From a virus, in the IMG/VR virus record IMGVR_UViG_3300042924_005659: DNA of 64,000 nt; one strand, written 5' to 3'. This document shows, piece after piece, positions 1 to 8,905 of the stretch. Numbering within the stretch: position 1 is the stretch's first letter; every line of letters starts with the position of its first letter. Under the pieces are notes generated by a model. It was not told where the DNA came from. It ran no database searches and saw only the letters and a program-made list of their open reading frames with translations. A program made the position numbers and the translations under genes.

Positions 1-928
1 CGTTGTTGCGAGCCAGGTTAGCCCAGTAGCCTAAGCGAGCACGCTTCACGTCATTTTTGAAGCTTCTGAGTACGTCGACCGGCTGGCAACCCCAGTTTAC
101 TTTCCATACTTCAATGGGAACAACCAAACCTAGTTCGACTCCTTCCTGGTAGTCGACCTTGGAAATCTTGTTTCCGAAGTATGCCTCCATGGCCAATGCG
201 GAATTGTCCATGCGCTGGTCGGGAGACGCAGAGTAGGAGATTAGCTTGCATCCGCTGAATAACGGATAGTACTCCAGAAACGAAGGAGTCAGCAGTTCGT
301 GCACCTCGTCCAACTGAACTACCTCGAAGGTCTCCAGAGGAAGGCTACCTAGAGATCCACTGGTTGATACCAACGGATTTCCTTCCAAATGCTTATCGGA
401 GTTCCAGACTCCTGCCTTTGGAAACACCTTCTTGAGTCGATCGTACAGCTGATTGCAGACGCTCTTCGACTTGGTAATGACGGCATGCTTTTGCCTTGGG
501 TACAGCTCGATGACCTTCTCGATCACCACGCCCTTGCCGAAACCTGTCAGGGCGTCCACTATGCCGAAGTCCGCTCTCACGATTTCCTGGATTACCTCCA
601 GCTGGCCGGGCCGAAGCCCGACCAGCTTAGAGGCATCCGGAACGGGAAGCTTGCCAGGTCTTAGGTCGGAGTACTCCGGCGTAAACCCAGCTCTAGCCAA
701 CACTTGTAGGCAGCGCTCCTGTAATCCACACGGAAAGTACATCCAGCCATCCTGCATGGCATACAGATCCACGGGAGTGCTGACAATCCTGGGGGCACGA
801 CCGGGTTCACGAACCTGGCTTCTGTGCAGATACCGAAACTCCTTCTGCAGTACGTCCAGGTGTGGGCCGTCCGGAGTGCGGATAAACCGCATAATTCGCT
901 GCAAAACTACCTTTTTATTGTTGGCCAT
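1..928 (-). CDS. Superfamily 2 (DExH) helicase, runs off the left edge (not in the ORF track)
   Basis: Hand translation from ATG 928 (GAGGTG SD): MANNKKVVLQR...VDALTGFGKGVV (motif I), VVQLDEVHELL (motif II, 299-310), ISYSASPD (motif III). No stop seen before base 1. Confidence 0.9.
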   Translation of the reverse strand, partial: MANNKKVVLQRIMRFIRTPDGPHLDVLQKEFRYLHRSQVREPGRAPRIVSTPVDLYAMQDGWMYFPCGLQERCLQVLARAGFTPEYSDLRPGKLPVPDASKLVGLRPGQLEVIQEIVRADFGIVDALTGFGKGVVIEKVIELYPRQKHAVITKSKSVCNQLYDRLKKVFPKAGVWNSDKHLEGNPLVSTSGSLGSLPLETFEVVQLDEVHELLTPSFLEYYPLFSGCKLISYSASPDQRMDNSALAMEAYFGNKISKVDYQEGVELGLVVPIEVWKVNWGCQPVDVLRSFKNDVKRARLGYWANLARNN

Positions 929-937
929 ACTTCACCT

Positions 938-1228
938 CTATTGAAGAATTACGACTACGCCGCAGTCATGCTGATGGGCATCCGCAAACTCATCTGCGAT
1001 TTGGGTCAGCAAAGCGTTACTTTCGATGAGCTCCTCCAGATTGTAGTAGCTCATGAACTTAGTGTACTCGTCCCGGTTGCGAACAGTCAAGAAGTTCCTA
1101 ATCTTCTTCGCCAGAGTGTAGGCTTGGGCCGACGGAACGCACTGCGTGTTCTGAAAATCGACCTTCGTGATGAGCTTGATCGCCTCGACGCAATCAGCCG
1201 AAAGAGTGACATGGGCAATGGTAGGCAT
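938..1228 (-). CDS. hypothetical protein (96 aa)
   Basis: Fills the gap between sbcC and the helicase; start abuts the upstream stop. Confidence 0.7.
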   Translation of the reverse strand: MPTIAHVTLSADCVEAIKLITKVDFQNTQCVPSAQAYTLAKKIRNFLTVRNRDEYTKFMSYYNLEELIESNALLTQIADEFADAHQHDCGVVVILQ

Positions 1229-3405
1229 TACTCGTGACCTTCCAAGGAGATGTTCTTGCAGCCTAGTGCCGCAAGAGCGTTGCTGTGAGTGATTACAATG
1301 AACTGGCGTCCGGTCTGCTGGCCCATCTTGGCCAGATAGTTGAACGCCTCAGCCAGATCTCGGGAGTTGGATTCCTGCATCGCGCCTGAAGGCTCGTCCA
1401 GGGCCAATACTCCGAGAGTGCTGGCAAACACATCATTCACGGCCAGGAGATAGCAGACACTAGCCTGCTGCTTCTGACCGCCAGAAAGTCTCTTGGCGTG
1501 GTGAACCAGGCCGTCGGACTTTCGAGCCATGAACTCCAGGTTCTCGTCGATAAAGGCCGAGAAGTCGGCATTGATCGTACGCAAATAGAACGCCAGACGC
1601 TCATTGAGCTTCTGCATGTACTGCAATGACAGCAGACGAGGCAAGCCATCCTTCATCAGAATGGTGTTGACCTTGTCCAGAATCCTCCTAAAGTCTTCTA
1701 TTGGCTTGACCGAGGCTGCTCGCTTTTCCTGTGCGTCAACCTTCGCTTTTGCCCTATCGAGACCCTGCAAGGTAGATTCCTGGCTACCCTCTAGCTTTGC
1801 TGCTTTCTGCTTTATGGCCAAGCCGTCCTGATTTCGCTTTTCCAGACTGGCGTACTCATTTGCATCAAACCTAGCAGGAGGTATGTCTGCAAGTTGAGTG
1901 TCGATCAAGGACATCATGTCAATCTGAGACTGAATGTGGCCCTTGACGGCGCTTATGCTGTTTTCTGCAGAACTGACACTACGCTCCAGCATGTCGAAAT
2001 TGCTAGCCACTCTGCTTAGAGCAGCCTTGATTTCGGGAGTCATCTTCGGCAGATCCTGCATTGTCTGCAGCTCCTGGTCGACCTCCATGGCCTTAGCCAT
2101 AGTAGTCTCAGCGCACTGCGTTGCTTCCTGCACAGCCTTCTCGTAGCCCTGCCATTCTTTTTCTATTCTGCGTACCTCGGCAAGAGTCTGCACGGCCAAG
2201 TTTACCTCAGCCGTCTTTTGTGCAATCGCTTCCTTGATCTGCTCAAGGTCGTGAGCACAGACCGCAGTGCTGGTGCCGCATTCTGGACATTGACCCTTTT
2301 CGATCAATTCCAGGCGCTTCTGCATCAGCATCAGTTCCTGCTTAAGTTCGGAAATGCGATCAAGCAGCCAAGTGTCGGCGCCAAGCTGAGGCCTCTCATC
2401 TGCAGGTTGCGCCGGCTGGCTAGCCATGCATTCCTGCAGCTTTGCGGCAAGATTGACCGCACTGTCCAACAGCGCCTCCTTGCGCTTGTTGGCAGTAAGC
2501 AACATATCTGCAGAGTACAAAGCTTTCTTGGCTTCTTCTGCCTCTGCAGCCTTCGCAGCACGCTCTACCTGAAGTTGTCCTATTGCAGTCTCCTGGACTT
2601 TCAGCTGCTGCTGCAACTGCGAATAAGCAGACATTGCCGTAGTCCGGTTGGCCTCCAGCTGCGTTCGCTTATCGTCATTCTTCTTGATCTTGTCCAGGAT
2701 ATCCAAGCGGGCAGACACCTCCTGCAGCTGCATAGAGTTGTATTGACGAGCCAACTCTGTCAGTTCGGACTCGATGCGATTTGCCTCGCCTTGCATCAGG
2801 TTCAGTTCTGTCTTGGCCTCCAGCAAAGGGCCCTGTACATCCGGAACCGTGACAGACATCATCACATCTCGCACCTGGCCTCTGAGCGTCTCAAGCTCAT
2901 TGGTACGGGTGAGAGTATGAATAATTTCCTTAAACTTCGCAGGAGTGGACGACACAGGAGCCGTGATGGAATCCTGGTCCACGATCAGGTGGCCGTCGAT
3001 AATGCTGGCTGGAACTGGAATCAGCGCATGAGTCTTTTCCAGAGCTTCCTTGGAGGCAAAGACCTCCTCGACCTTTCCGTCATCGTGCTCGATTCTAAGT
3101 CTAGGAATGTTCAGAGTGCCGAACTTCTTCTCGCCAGAGACCGCCTTTGCAATATGCAGAACCTTGTTTCCGATGCGCCAGGACGCAATAAAGTAACAGG
3201 CCTCCTGGGGTGGTGTACCCCAGGAGGCCCAGCTACCTGCGTTCCCTGGAAACGAGTTGGTGAGGGACGCTCGGATCATCGTGAGTATGGTTGACTTGCC
3301 GCAGCCGATCGGTCCAGTGATGACCGTCAGTGCGTCGTCGAACTCAAACTCGAAGTCTCCCTTGAGGAGACCGATGTTCCTGCCCTTCAGGGAGAGCAGC
3401 TTCAT
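1228..3405 (-). CDS. sbcC: SbcC/Rad50-like SMC ATPase
   Basis: Walker A GPIGCGKS, long coiled coil with central CPEC zinc hook, signature LSGGQ, Walker B LALDEPS, H-loop VITH. Confidence 0.95.
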   Translation of the reverse strand: MKLLSLKGRNIGLLKGDFEFEFDDALTVITGPIGCGKSTILTMIRASLTNSFPGNAGSWASWGTPPQEACYFIASWRIGNKVLHIAKAVSGEKKFGTLNIPRLRIEHDDGKVEEVFASKEALEKTHALIPVPASIIDGHLIVDQDSITAPVSSTPAKFKEIIHTLTRTNELETLRGQVRDVMMSVTVPDVQGPLLEAKTELNLMQGEANRIESELTELARQYNSMQLQEVSARLDILDKIKKNDDKRTQLEANRTTAMSAYSQLQQQLKVQETAIGQLQVERAAKAAEAEEAKKALYSADMLLTANKRKEALLDSAVNLAAKLQECMASQPAQPADERPQLGADTWLLDRISELKQELMLMQKRLELIEKGQCPECGTSTAVCAHDLEQIKEAIAQKTAEVNLAVQTLAEVRRIEKEWQGYEKAVQEATQCAETTMAKAMEVDQELQTMQDLPKMTPEIKAALSRVASNFDMLERSVSSAENSISAVKGHIQSQIDMMSLIDTQLADIPPARFDANEYASLEKRNQDGLAIKQKAAKLEGSQESTLQGLDRAKAKVDAQEKRAASVKPIEDFRRILDKVNTILMKDGLPRLLSLQYMQKLNERLAFYLRTINADFSAFIDENLEFMARKSDGLVHHAKRLSGGQKQQASVCYLLAVNDVFASTLGVLALDEPSGAMQESNSRDLAEAFNYLAKMGQQTGRQFIVITHSNALAALGCKNISLEGHE

Positions 3406-3415
3406 GTTTTAAATC

Positions 3416-4057
3416 TCAGTCGTTGGTCTTGCGACGGCCCTTCGGACGGATGGAGATGTTGTTGCGCTTCAGCGTGTTGATGACGCAGCTGACCGAAACG
3501 CCGAACTTCTCTGCGATCGTCTTTGCTCCGACGCCCTCGTTGTAGAGCCGGCAAACCTCTTCAGCGTGCTCGGTGAGCTTGTACGGAGCGCCGCGCTTCT
3601 TGGCCTCCGTGGAGGTCTTGGTGGTCGACTGCTTGGGAGTGCTCTCTGCGGTGTTGTTGGTGTTTTCAGTAGTCATGTTCTTGTTCTTGTTGATTTCTCT
3701 AACCTTGGACTGCTTGGGTTTTTCCACATACTGAGTCGGCGCAGCCAATGCCGGCTCAGGTTCTTCGATATCCAATCCGTTTTCTGCTGCGTACTCCTTC
3801 ATCCATTCGTCTGAGGGGATGTCGGAGTTGGCCTCCATAATAACATCAGGACCCTCGTCGTCAACCTCCTCGGAAGGAATGTCCTCAAATTCTTCTTCGG
3901 TCATGTCGTCCTCTTCGTCCTCCAACGGTTCGTCAGTCGGGTCTGTGTGACGAGGCTTGGTGCCTTCGGATCCACGCATACTGCTGGTCTTCACGGATGG
4001 AACGCTGTCCTGTTCGTCGTCAAAATCGCCGTTGAGAATGCGGTCAATAAGGCTCAT
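3416..4057 (-). CDS. acidic low-complexity protein with C-terminal helix-turn-helix
   Basis: D/E-rich N-half; C-terminal EEVCRLYNEGVGAKTIAEKFGVSVSCVINTLKR looks like an HTH followed by a basic tail. Confidence 0.65.
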   Translation of the reverse strand: MSLIDRILNGDFDDEQDSVPSVKTSSMRGSEGTKPRHTDPTDEPLEDEEDDMTEEEFEDIPSEEVDDEGPDVIMEANSDIPSDEWMKEYAAENGLDIEEPEPALAAPTQYVEKPKQSKVREINKNKNMTTENTNNTAESTPKQSTTKTSTEAKKRGAPYKLTEHAEEVCRLYNEGVGAKTIAEKFGVSVSCVINTLKRNNISIRPKGRRKTND

Positions 4058-4067
4058 GTGAAACTCC

Positions 4068-4751
4068 TCAATAGTCGATGTTAGCGGCTTTCAAAACGCC
4101 TTCTAGAGTCAAATCCTGTTCGGGAATGAACTTTCCGTTGTTACGCACGATGTTTTTCATTATTGCAGTCAGTCGGTCCTTGTCTTGAGGAAACTGAGAT
4201 TCGTAGGAGGCGGATACCAATTCGTTGACGCCATCCATGCTGTCTCCGTACATTCCATGGTGTCCTTCAAAGCACGCTTCGAGCAGCTCCAACTGATTCA
4301 CCGAGAAGTAGCGCTTAAGAGGACTGTTTTCCAGCCATTCAAATACGTCATACGCATTCTGCACGTCAGACAGCTTGAAGTCGTCTCCGATTCGTACCTG
4401 GGACACAAAGATACTGCCAAGAGCGCAGACCTTGCAGGCTTTCAACTTGCCTACGTATTCGCTTGCTGAAACAGCCTTGACATTCTCGTCTTTCTCAAAC
4501 TGCACGGTGCAGTAGTCGTCAAAGCCGCCCAGCTTCTTGTCCTCCACCCAGCATCCCTGCATGGCGCAGTAGGACTTGGACTTAAGTTGAGCAAGCACGT
4601 CCTTTGCGATCATTACGCGAATTTCGCTCTTGCTCTTACCCTTAAGAGAGTTGGTCGACTGAGGCTTGGTCTTGACCGGAGTCTTTGACCGAGACTTTAC
4701 TGCAACAGTAGAGTTCTTTACTGGTCTTTTGGTTTTAGTCTTTGCTGGCAT
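4068..4751 (-). CDS. hypothetical protein (227 aa, basic N-terminus, CKVCALG)
   Basis: Co-oriented ORF coupled to sbcD. Confidence 0.7.
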   Translation of the reverse strand: MPAKTKTKRPVKNSTVAVKSRSKTPVKTKPQSTNSLKGKSKSEIRVMIAKDVLAQLKSKSYCAMQGCWVEDKKLGGFDDYCTVQFEKDENVKAVSASEYVGKLKACKVCALGSIFVSQVRIGDDFKLSDVQNAYDVFEWLENSPLKRYFSVNQLELLEACFEGHHGMYGDSMDGVNELVSASYESQFPQDKDRLTAIMKNIVRNNGKFIPEQDLTLEGVLKAANIDY

Positions 4752-5872
4752 TAGATTCCTACCTTTTTCTTCAAGTTATCCATGGCGACGTCGAAGCCAA
4801 GCTCCATTGCCTGCTTTACGAATTCCGCCGCCTCCTGATCTGTCGGATTCTGCTCATCTACGAGCTTACCGAGTGCGGTACTCAAATCTACCTTTTCGTC
4901 CAGGGATCCCTTTATCTCGGATAGATCCCTATCGTGAGATGTGTCCACCTTCTCGAATACAAATGCCTTTTCTCTGAATGCGTCTAGCCCAACGCTGAGC
5001 TCGGCAAGCACGTCAGAAGGTATTGTCGCATGCAGTCTGGGTAGCTTGTTGCCCATGTACTGCTGCATGTCCGAAACGTATGGGGCCTTGACTGCGTTGT
5101 CAAGCCACGTTTGAATTCTTTTCAGGTCTTCTGCATTCTTAACATCAGTCCTAAGAAATGGCCGGCATCGCAGCGGCACCTTCTCGATGCTGAGATCGTC
5201 GTAAACCACCAGGAACGACTTGTTCTCAGGTTCGCCAAGGCGGTGCATCCACATAGAGCCGGAGTACAAGAAGCGAGTGCCCTTGGATCCTCGCCACTCC
5301 CATTCCATGTGAATGTCGCCCATGAGGACCAAGCGGTACTTTCCGTCAAACCAGTTTAGGTCCATGTCGCACAAAGGTGCCTCGTCTGGCGGAAGTCCAA
5401 GTGCAGGAACGACTTGCGATGCAAAACCGTGCAGCACCAGGATATCGGCATCGACCAGAGTGTTGGACTCCAGATAGGCCTCCCATTGCCGCCTAGTTCG
5501 CCAGTTGTAGCCGGCTACCGTATAGTTGCCAAGCTTGATCTGCTGAGCCTGCTCAAGGTTGTTGGAAACGGCTGCGCTCCCGCCCTCGAGACATAGTCGC
5601 TTGAATCCCCGTTCGTGATTGCCGTCCACGTACCAGCTGCTTTGAACCGGTAGCCTAGTCAGTATCTTCCGCAGCTCCACGGTATGCTCGTCGCCAATGG
5701 TCGGTGTATCGACCTGGTCGCCGCCGAGAATCAGTGGAACATTCAGCTCCAGGCACTTGTCTACGACCTGAGCCAATGCATATAGGTCGTCGCCTCGCAA
5801 TTCCTTTACCGATCTATACGCAGACTCCCTAGCCTGCAGGTCGGCACAAAATGCAAGTATTGGTTTTGGCAT
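4751..5872 (-). CDS. sbcD: SbcD/Mre11-like calcineurin-fold nuclease
   Basis: Metallophosphoesterase motifs ADLQ, GGDQVD, GNHE, LHG, MGDIH; partner SbcC nearby. Confidence 0.9.
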   Translation of the reverse strand: MPKPILAFCADLQARESAYRSVKELRGDDLYALAQVVDKCLELNVPLILGGDQVDTPTIGDEHTVELRKILTRLPVQSSWYVDGNHERGFKRLCLEGGSAAVSNNLEQAQQIKLGNYTVAGYNWRTRRQWEAYLESNTLVDADILVLHGFASQVVPALGLPPDEAPLCDMDLNWFDGKYRLVLMGDIHMEWEWRGSKGTRFLYSGSMWMHRLGEPENKSFLVVYDDLSIEKVPLRCRPFLRTDVKNAEDLKRIQTWLDNAVKAPYVSDMQQYMGNKLPRLHATIPSDVLAELSVGLDAFREKAFVFEKVDTSHDRDLSEIKGSLDEKVDLSTALGKLVDEQNPTDQEAAEFVKQAMELGFDVAMDNLKKKVGI

Positions 5873-5900
5873 TCGTGTTATCTCGACATTTGAAGTAAAC

Positions 5901-5926
5901 AGCCTCCGGACATTCCGGATACGGCT
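5901..5926 (-). terminator. possible intergenic hairpin or weak terminator
   Basis: AGCC-GTA-TCCGG-AATGT-CCGGA-GGCT on the minus strand, followed by GTTTACTT. Confidence 0.35.
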
Positions 5927-5941
5927 ACGATTTAAGTTTGC

Positions 5942-6256
5942 TTATTTACGGTCAGTAAGCGGATCCAGCCGAGTCATCAACAGGGCTGTCAAGCTGCCAA
6001 GCAAGGATATAGATACCCAGCTCCACAATCCAAGTCCGAATACCAAGCAGTGCATAGACGTCAAGGCCAGAGTCATCTGAACACCAAAGCAGATCGGGCA
6101 GGATATCATCTTCTGCAGGAAAGATTCCTGCCTATCTGCCCATGCCATAATGGTGTCAACGGTGATTTCAAAATTGTGCATTCCCCATACGGCCATGTAG
6201 GACATGGATCCGAGTACCACGGAAGACAAGATTACAGTTAGAGTCCAGTCGATCAT
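5942..6256 (-). CDS. small membrane protein with CxxC (DUF1360-like)
   Basis: 2-3 hydrophobic segments around ISCPICFGVQ; family name recalled from memory. Confidence 0.6.
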   Translation of the reverse strand: MIDWTLTVILSSVVLGSMSYMAVWGMHNFEITVDTIMAWADRQESFLQKMISCPICFGVQMTLALTSMHCLVFGLGLWSWVSISLLGSLTALLMTRLDPLTDRK

Positions 6257-6363
6257 TTTTTAAGTATGCCGTAGCCGATTAAAGCCAACAAGGCAATTGA
6301 CAAAGTGAGGCAGGGATTGATGAAGAAGAAGACTAGGAAAATTATGCAAATGAGGGCGAACAA
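6253..6363 (-). CDS. 36-aa hydrophobic peptide (not in the ORF track)
   Basis: AAGGA then TTG; MFALICIIFLVFFFINPCLTLSIALLALIGYGILKK; stop overlaps the next start (ATGA). Confidence 0.55.
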   Translation of the reverse strand: MFALICIIFLVFFFINPCLTLSIALLALIGYGILKK

Positions 6364-6372
6364 TGCGGTTCC

Positions 6373-6552
6373 TTACTCACAATCTTTGCAGTCTTTGGAT
6401 TCTGTTCCGTCCTTAGGCTGGTTTAAAGACTTGATCTTCAGTTTGTCGATTGTAGGCGTAGTCTCTTTAGGAGTAAGGGTTGGATCGTAGCCAGTGAGTC
6501 CGGCATTCTTTAGGAACTCGTCGGGAGATTCTGATCTGATTCTGTTTGTCAT
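6373..6552 (-). CDS. 59-aa hypothetical protein ending KDCKDCE (not in the ORF track)
   Basis: ATG overlaps the upstream TGA (ATGA); MTNRIRSESPDEFLKNAG... Confidence 0.6.
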   Translation of the reverse strand: MTNRIRSESPDEFLKNAGLTGYDPTLTPKETTPTIDKLKIKSLNQPKDGTESKDCKDCE

Positions 6553-6764
6553 TGGTTACCTTGTTTTGGAGGGGCACATTCTACATACTTCTTTTCTTGC
6601 TGTCTATGCTTGTACTGCTCCACTATGCGATACAAGACATCAAATGTGAATTTACCTACCACGATGAATCCAGTTGCCAGCAATATGAAAAGAGTATATG
6701 CTGCAATTATGAATTCCCGCACAATCCTGAGAATGACGTCCTCGGGTTTTTGAGCATTTTGCAT
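6549..6764 (-). CDS. 71-aa single-pass membrane protein
   Basis: GGAG SD 6 nt before ATG 6764; FIIAAYTLFILLATGFIVVG; stop coupled to the next start. The longer 139-aa track call extends antisense into terL. Confidence 0.55.
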   Translation of the reverse strand: MQNAQKPEDVILRIVREFIIAAYTLFILLATGFIVVGKFTFDVLYRIVEQYKHRQQEKKYVECAPPKQGNQ

Positions 6765-8688
6765 GAACGACTCCAATAAGATTAGCGAAGAAAAGGCCAA
6801 AGTAGACCTCAAGGCTCTTGCGCCTCGATGGGTAGTCGACATGGCCCAGAACATGAAATCGATTTGTGAAGTCGACGACATAGACGACAAGATCTTCTCG
6901 ATGGCGCCGGAGAAGTTGGCCGAGCTCAACAGTAGACTTGATATAAACGAATTTTCAAAGTTCCTCAAGTTCTATCTGGATCTCAACAACTCCTCGCCAA
7001 TTCGACTGACTTCAATGCTGCGATTGAACGGTCGGCCGTTCACTCTGGTAAAGCACAAGTTCTTTGAGCCTCTCTTCTATCCGAATCTTCCTGATCGTAC
7101 TTTACTGGTATGTGCCAGACAGGTCGGCAAGTCCACACACATTGCCGCCCAAGGTGTGTTGCAAGCAGCAGCCATCAACAGGTTTAAAGTTCTGTACATG
7201 GCTCCGCAATTCGAGCAGATTAGAAGATTTAGTCACCAGTACATACGGCAGTTTGTCCACGAGTCCTACATCAAGGACCAACTGATGGACAAGAACTGCG
7301 TCGATTCCGTCATGCAGAAGACCTTCAAGAACGGGTCGGAGTTGTGGTTCTCGTTCGCCAAGTTGTCGGTGGACAGAATCCGTGGTCTTGCCGTGGACGG
7401 AATAAGAATGGACGAGATTCAGGATCTCAATCCGGAATTCCTGGATATCGTCAGAGAGTGTATGTCTGCATCCGAAAAAAGATCGGAAATGTATGCAGGC
7501 ACCAGCAAGACCATCGACAACGTTATTGAACAGCTTCGGCTTCAGTCCAGCCAGGCAGAATGGTTCATGCGTTGCGAAACCTGCAATCACTGGAACATTC
7601 CTACCGTTGAAGGTTCTGGACCTGGGCTTGGAGTTCTTGACATGATTAGACCTGAGGGGTTCTGCTGCGCCAAATGCCATAGGCCTTTAGAGCCGGAGAA
7701 GGGCTTCTGGGTCCACAAGTACAAGGAGAAGTCGGCTACCTTTCCTAGCTACCATGTTCCTCAGGTAATCGCTCCCGTACACTATGCCAATCCCAAGAAC
7801 TGGCGTTCCTTGGTCCTTAAGAGAGAGTTGACCAGCCCAGCCACGTTCATAAACGAAGTCTTGGGTGAGGCTTGCGACGAAGGACAAAGGCTGGTTAGTC
7901 AGACTGAGCTAAAGCAGGTGTGCGTACTGGCCCCTAACTCCAAAGACAATAGCGTAAATGCGCACAAATACGCAGATAGAGTTCTTGGAGTTGACTGGGG
8001 TGGAAAAGGTAGTCGGTTTCAGTCGATGACTGCAGCCGCCGTGGCTTGCTATCTGCCCGTCGAGGACAAGATTGACATTATTTTCGGGCACGTGTTTCAG
8101 GCCATGACCGATTCTGTCCTGGAAACCAAGGAAGTCATCGACATCGCAAATGCATTTAATTGCAGCGCCATCGCACACGACGTTGCCGTCGCAGGCGAAG
8201 TAAGACTCAGCATCATGCGCAGCGTAGGAGTGCCTGACTCTCGGCTGATCAATTGCCGTTATGCGGCAAGTGGCAGTATCAAGTCTCTGCTGCAGTTTGT
8301 TCCTCCGACTGATATCAATCCTACCAGCTACTACAACCTGGACAAAAGCAAGGTCATTGCGGCCGTATGTCTTGCAATCAAGAACAAGAACATTCGGTTT
8401 CCTCAGTACGACAGCCTGGTAGATTCGGCTGGAGAGAACATAATGAATCACTTCTTGGCTGTTTACGAAGAAAGCAGCGAAAGTATGTTCGGAACCGAGC
8501 GGAGATTCATTCGTCGTAATCCAGGAATGCCGGATGACTTCCTGCATGCCGTGGCTTTTGCCGTCATATCCCTATGGAGAAGATATCCAGAACTGATTCC
8601 AAACCTGTTGGACGAAGTCCTGGACGGAGACGAGCACGTAAGCATGGGTAGTCCCAACACGTATTACGGCGGGCACGAATTTGATTAA
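6763..8688 (+). CDS. terL: terminase large subunit
   Basis: Walker A ARQVGKST, RIRG, Walker B MDEIQD, GTSK coupling motif, CETC/CAKC Zn module, nuclease GVDWGG...DDFLHA. Confidence 0.93.
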   Translation: MNDSNKISEEKAKVDLKALAPRWVVDMAQNMKSICEVDDIDDKIFSMAPEKLAELNSRLDINEFSKFLKFYLDLNNSSPIRLTSMLRLNGRPFTLVKHKFFEPLFYPNLPDRTLLVCARQVGKSTHIAAQGVLQAAAINRFKVLYMAPQFEQIRRFSHQYIRQFVHESYIKDQLMDKNCVDSVMQKTFKNGSELWFSFAKLSVDRIRGLAVDGIRMDEIQDLNPEFLDIVRECMSASEKRSEMYAGTSKTIDNVIEQLRLQSSQAEWFMRCETCNHWNIPTVEGSGPGLGVLDMIRPEGFCCAKCHRPLEPEKGFWVHKYKEKSATFPSYHVPQVIAPVHYANPKNWRSLVLKRELTSPATFINEVLGEACDEGQRLVSQTELKQVCVLAPNSKDNSVNAHKYADRVLGVDWGGKGSRFQSMTAAAVACYLPVEDKIDIIFGHVFQAMTDSVLETKEVIDIANAFNCSAIAHDVAVAGEVRLSIMRSVGVPDSRLINCRYAASGSIKSLLQFVPPTDINPTSYYNLDKSKVIAAVCLAIKNKNIRFPQYDSLVDSAGENIMNHFLAVYEESSESMFGTERRFIRRNPGMPDDFLHAVAFAVISLWRRYPELIPNLLDEVLDGDEHVSMGSPNTYYGGHEFD

Positions 8689-8699
8689 TAGCTAAGTCG

Positions 8700-8873
8700 A
8701 AAGTTTTGCTATAGGTTCAAACTTTATTGCACCCATAACCCTAAGCTGCTTATTGTTGAATAAGATTTGCTTAAGATTATGGGTGGCTTTGTGCCAGGAG
8801 TGATGGCGAAGAACCATCAAATTATGTTAACTCGATTTGGCGGCTATTTTACCGAGGCGATTTAGCCGCTAAA
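8700..8873. other. intergenic cluster of four inverted repeats
   Basis: Stems 8700-8706/8719-8725, 8730-8738/8777-8785 (with inner stems), 8801-8806/8814-8819, 8836-8846/8863-8873. Confidence 0.7.
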
Positions 8874-8905
8874 GAGCGAATCAGCACTAAATTATATTAA
8901 CACAT

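Noticed and set aside
2218-3294. 358-aa plus-strand ORF and other long antisense ORFs (7102-7680, 7909-8547, 45667-46245)
   Set aside because: They lie opposite genes with clear motifs, have no SD or recognisable content, and are explained by codon bias.
8779-8865. 28-aa plus-strand ORF (MGGFVPGVMAKNH...) in the hairpin spacer
   Set aside because: Very short, poor SD spacing, and fully overlapping inverted repeats; not supportable.
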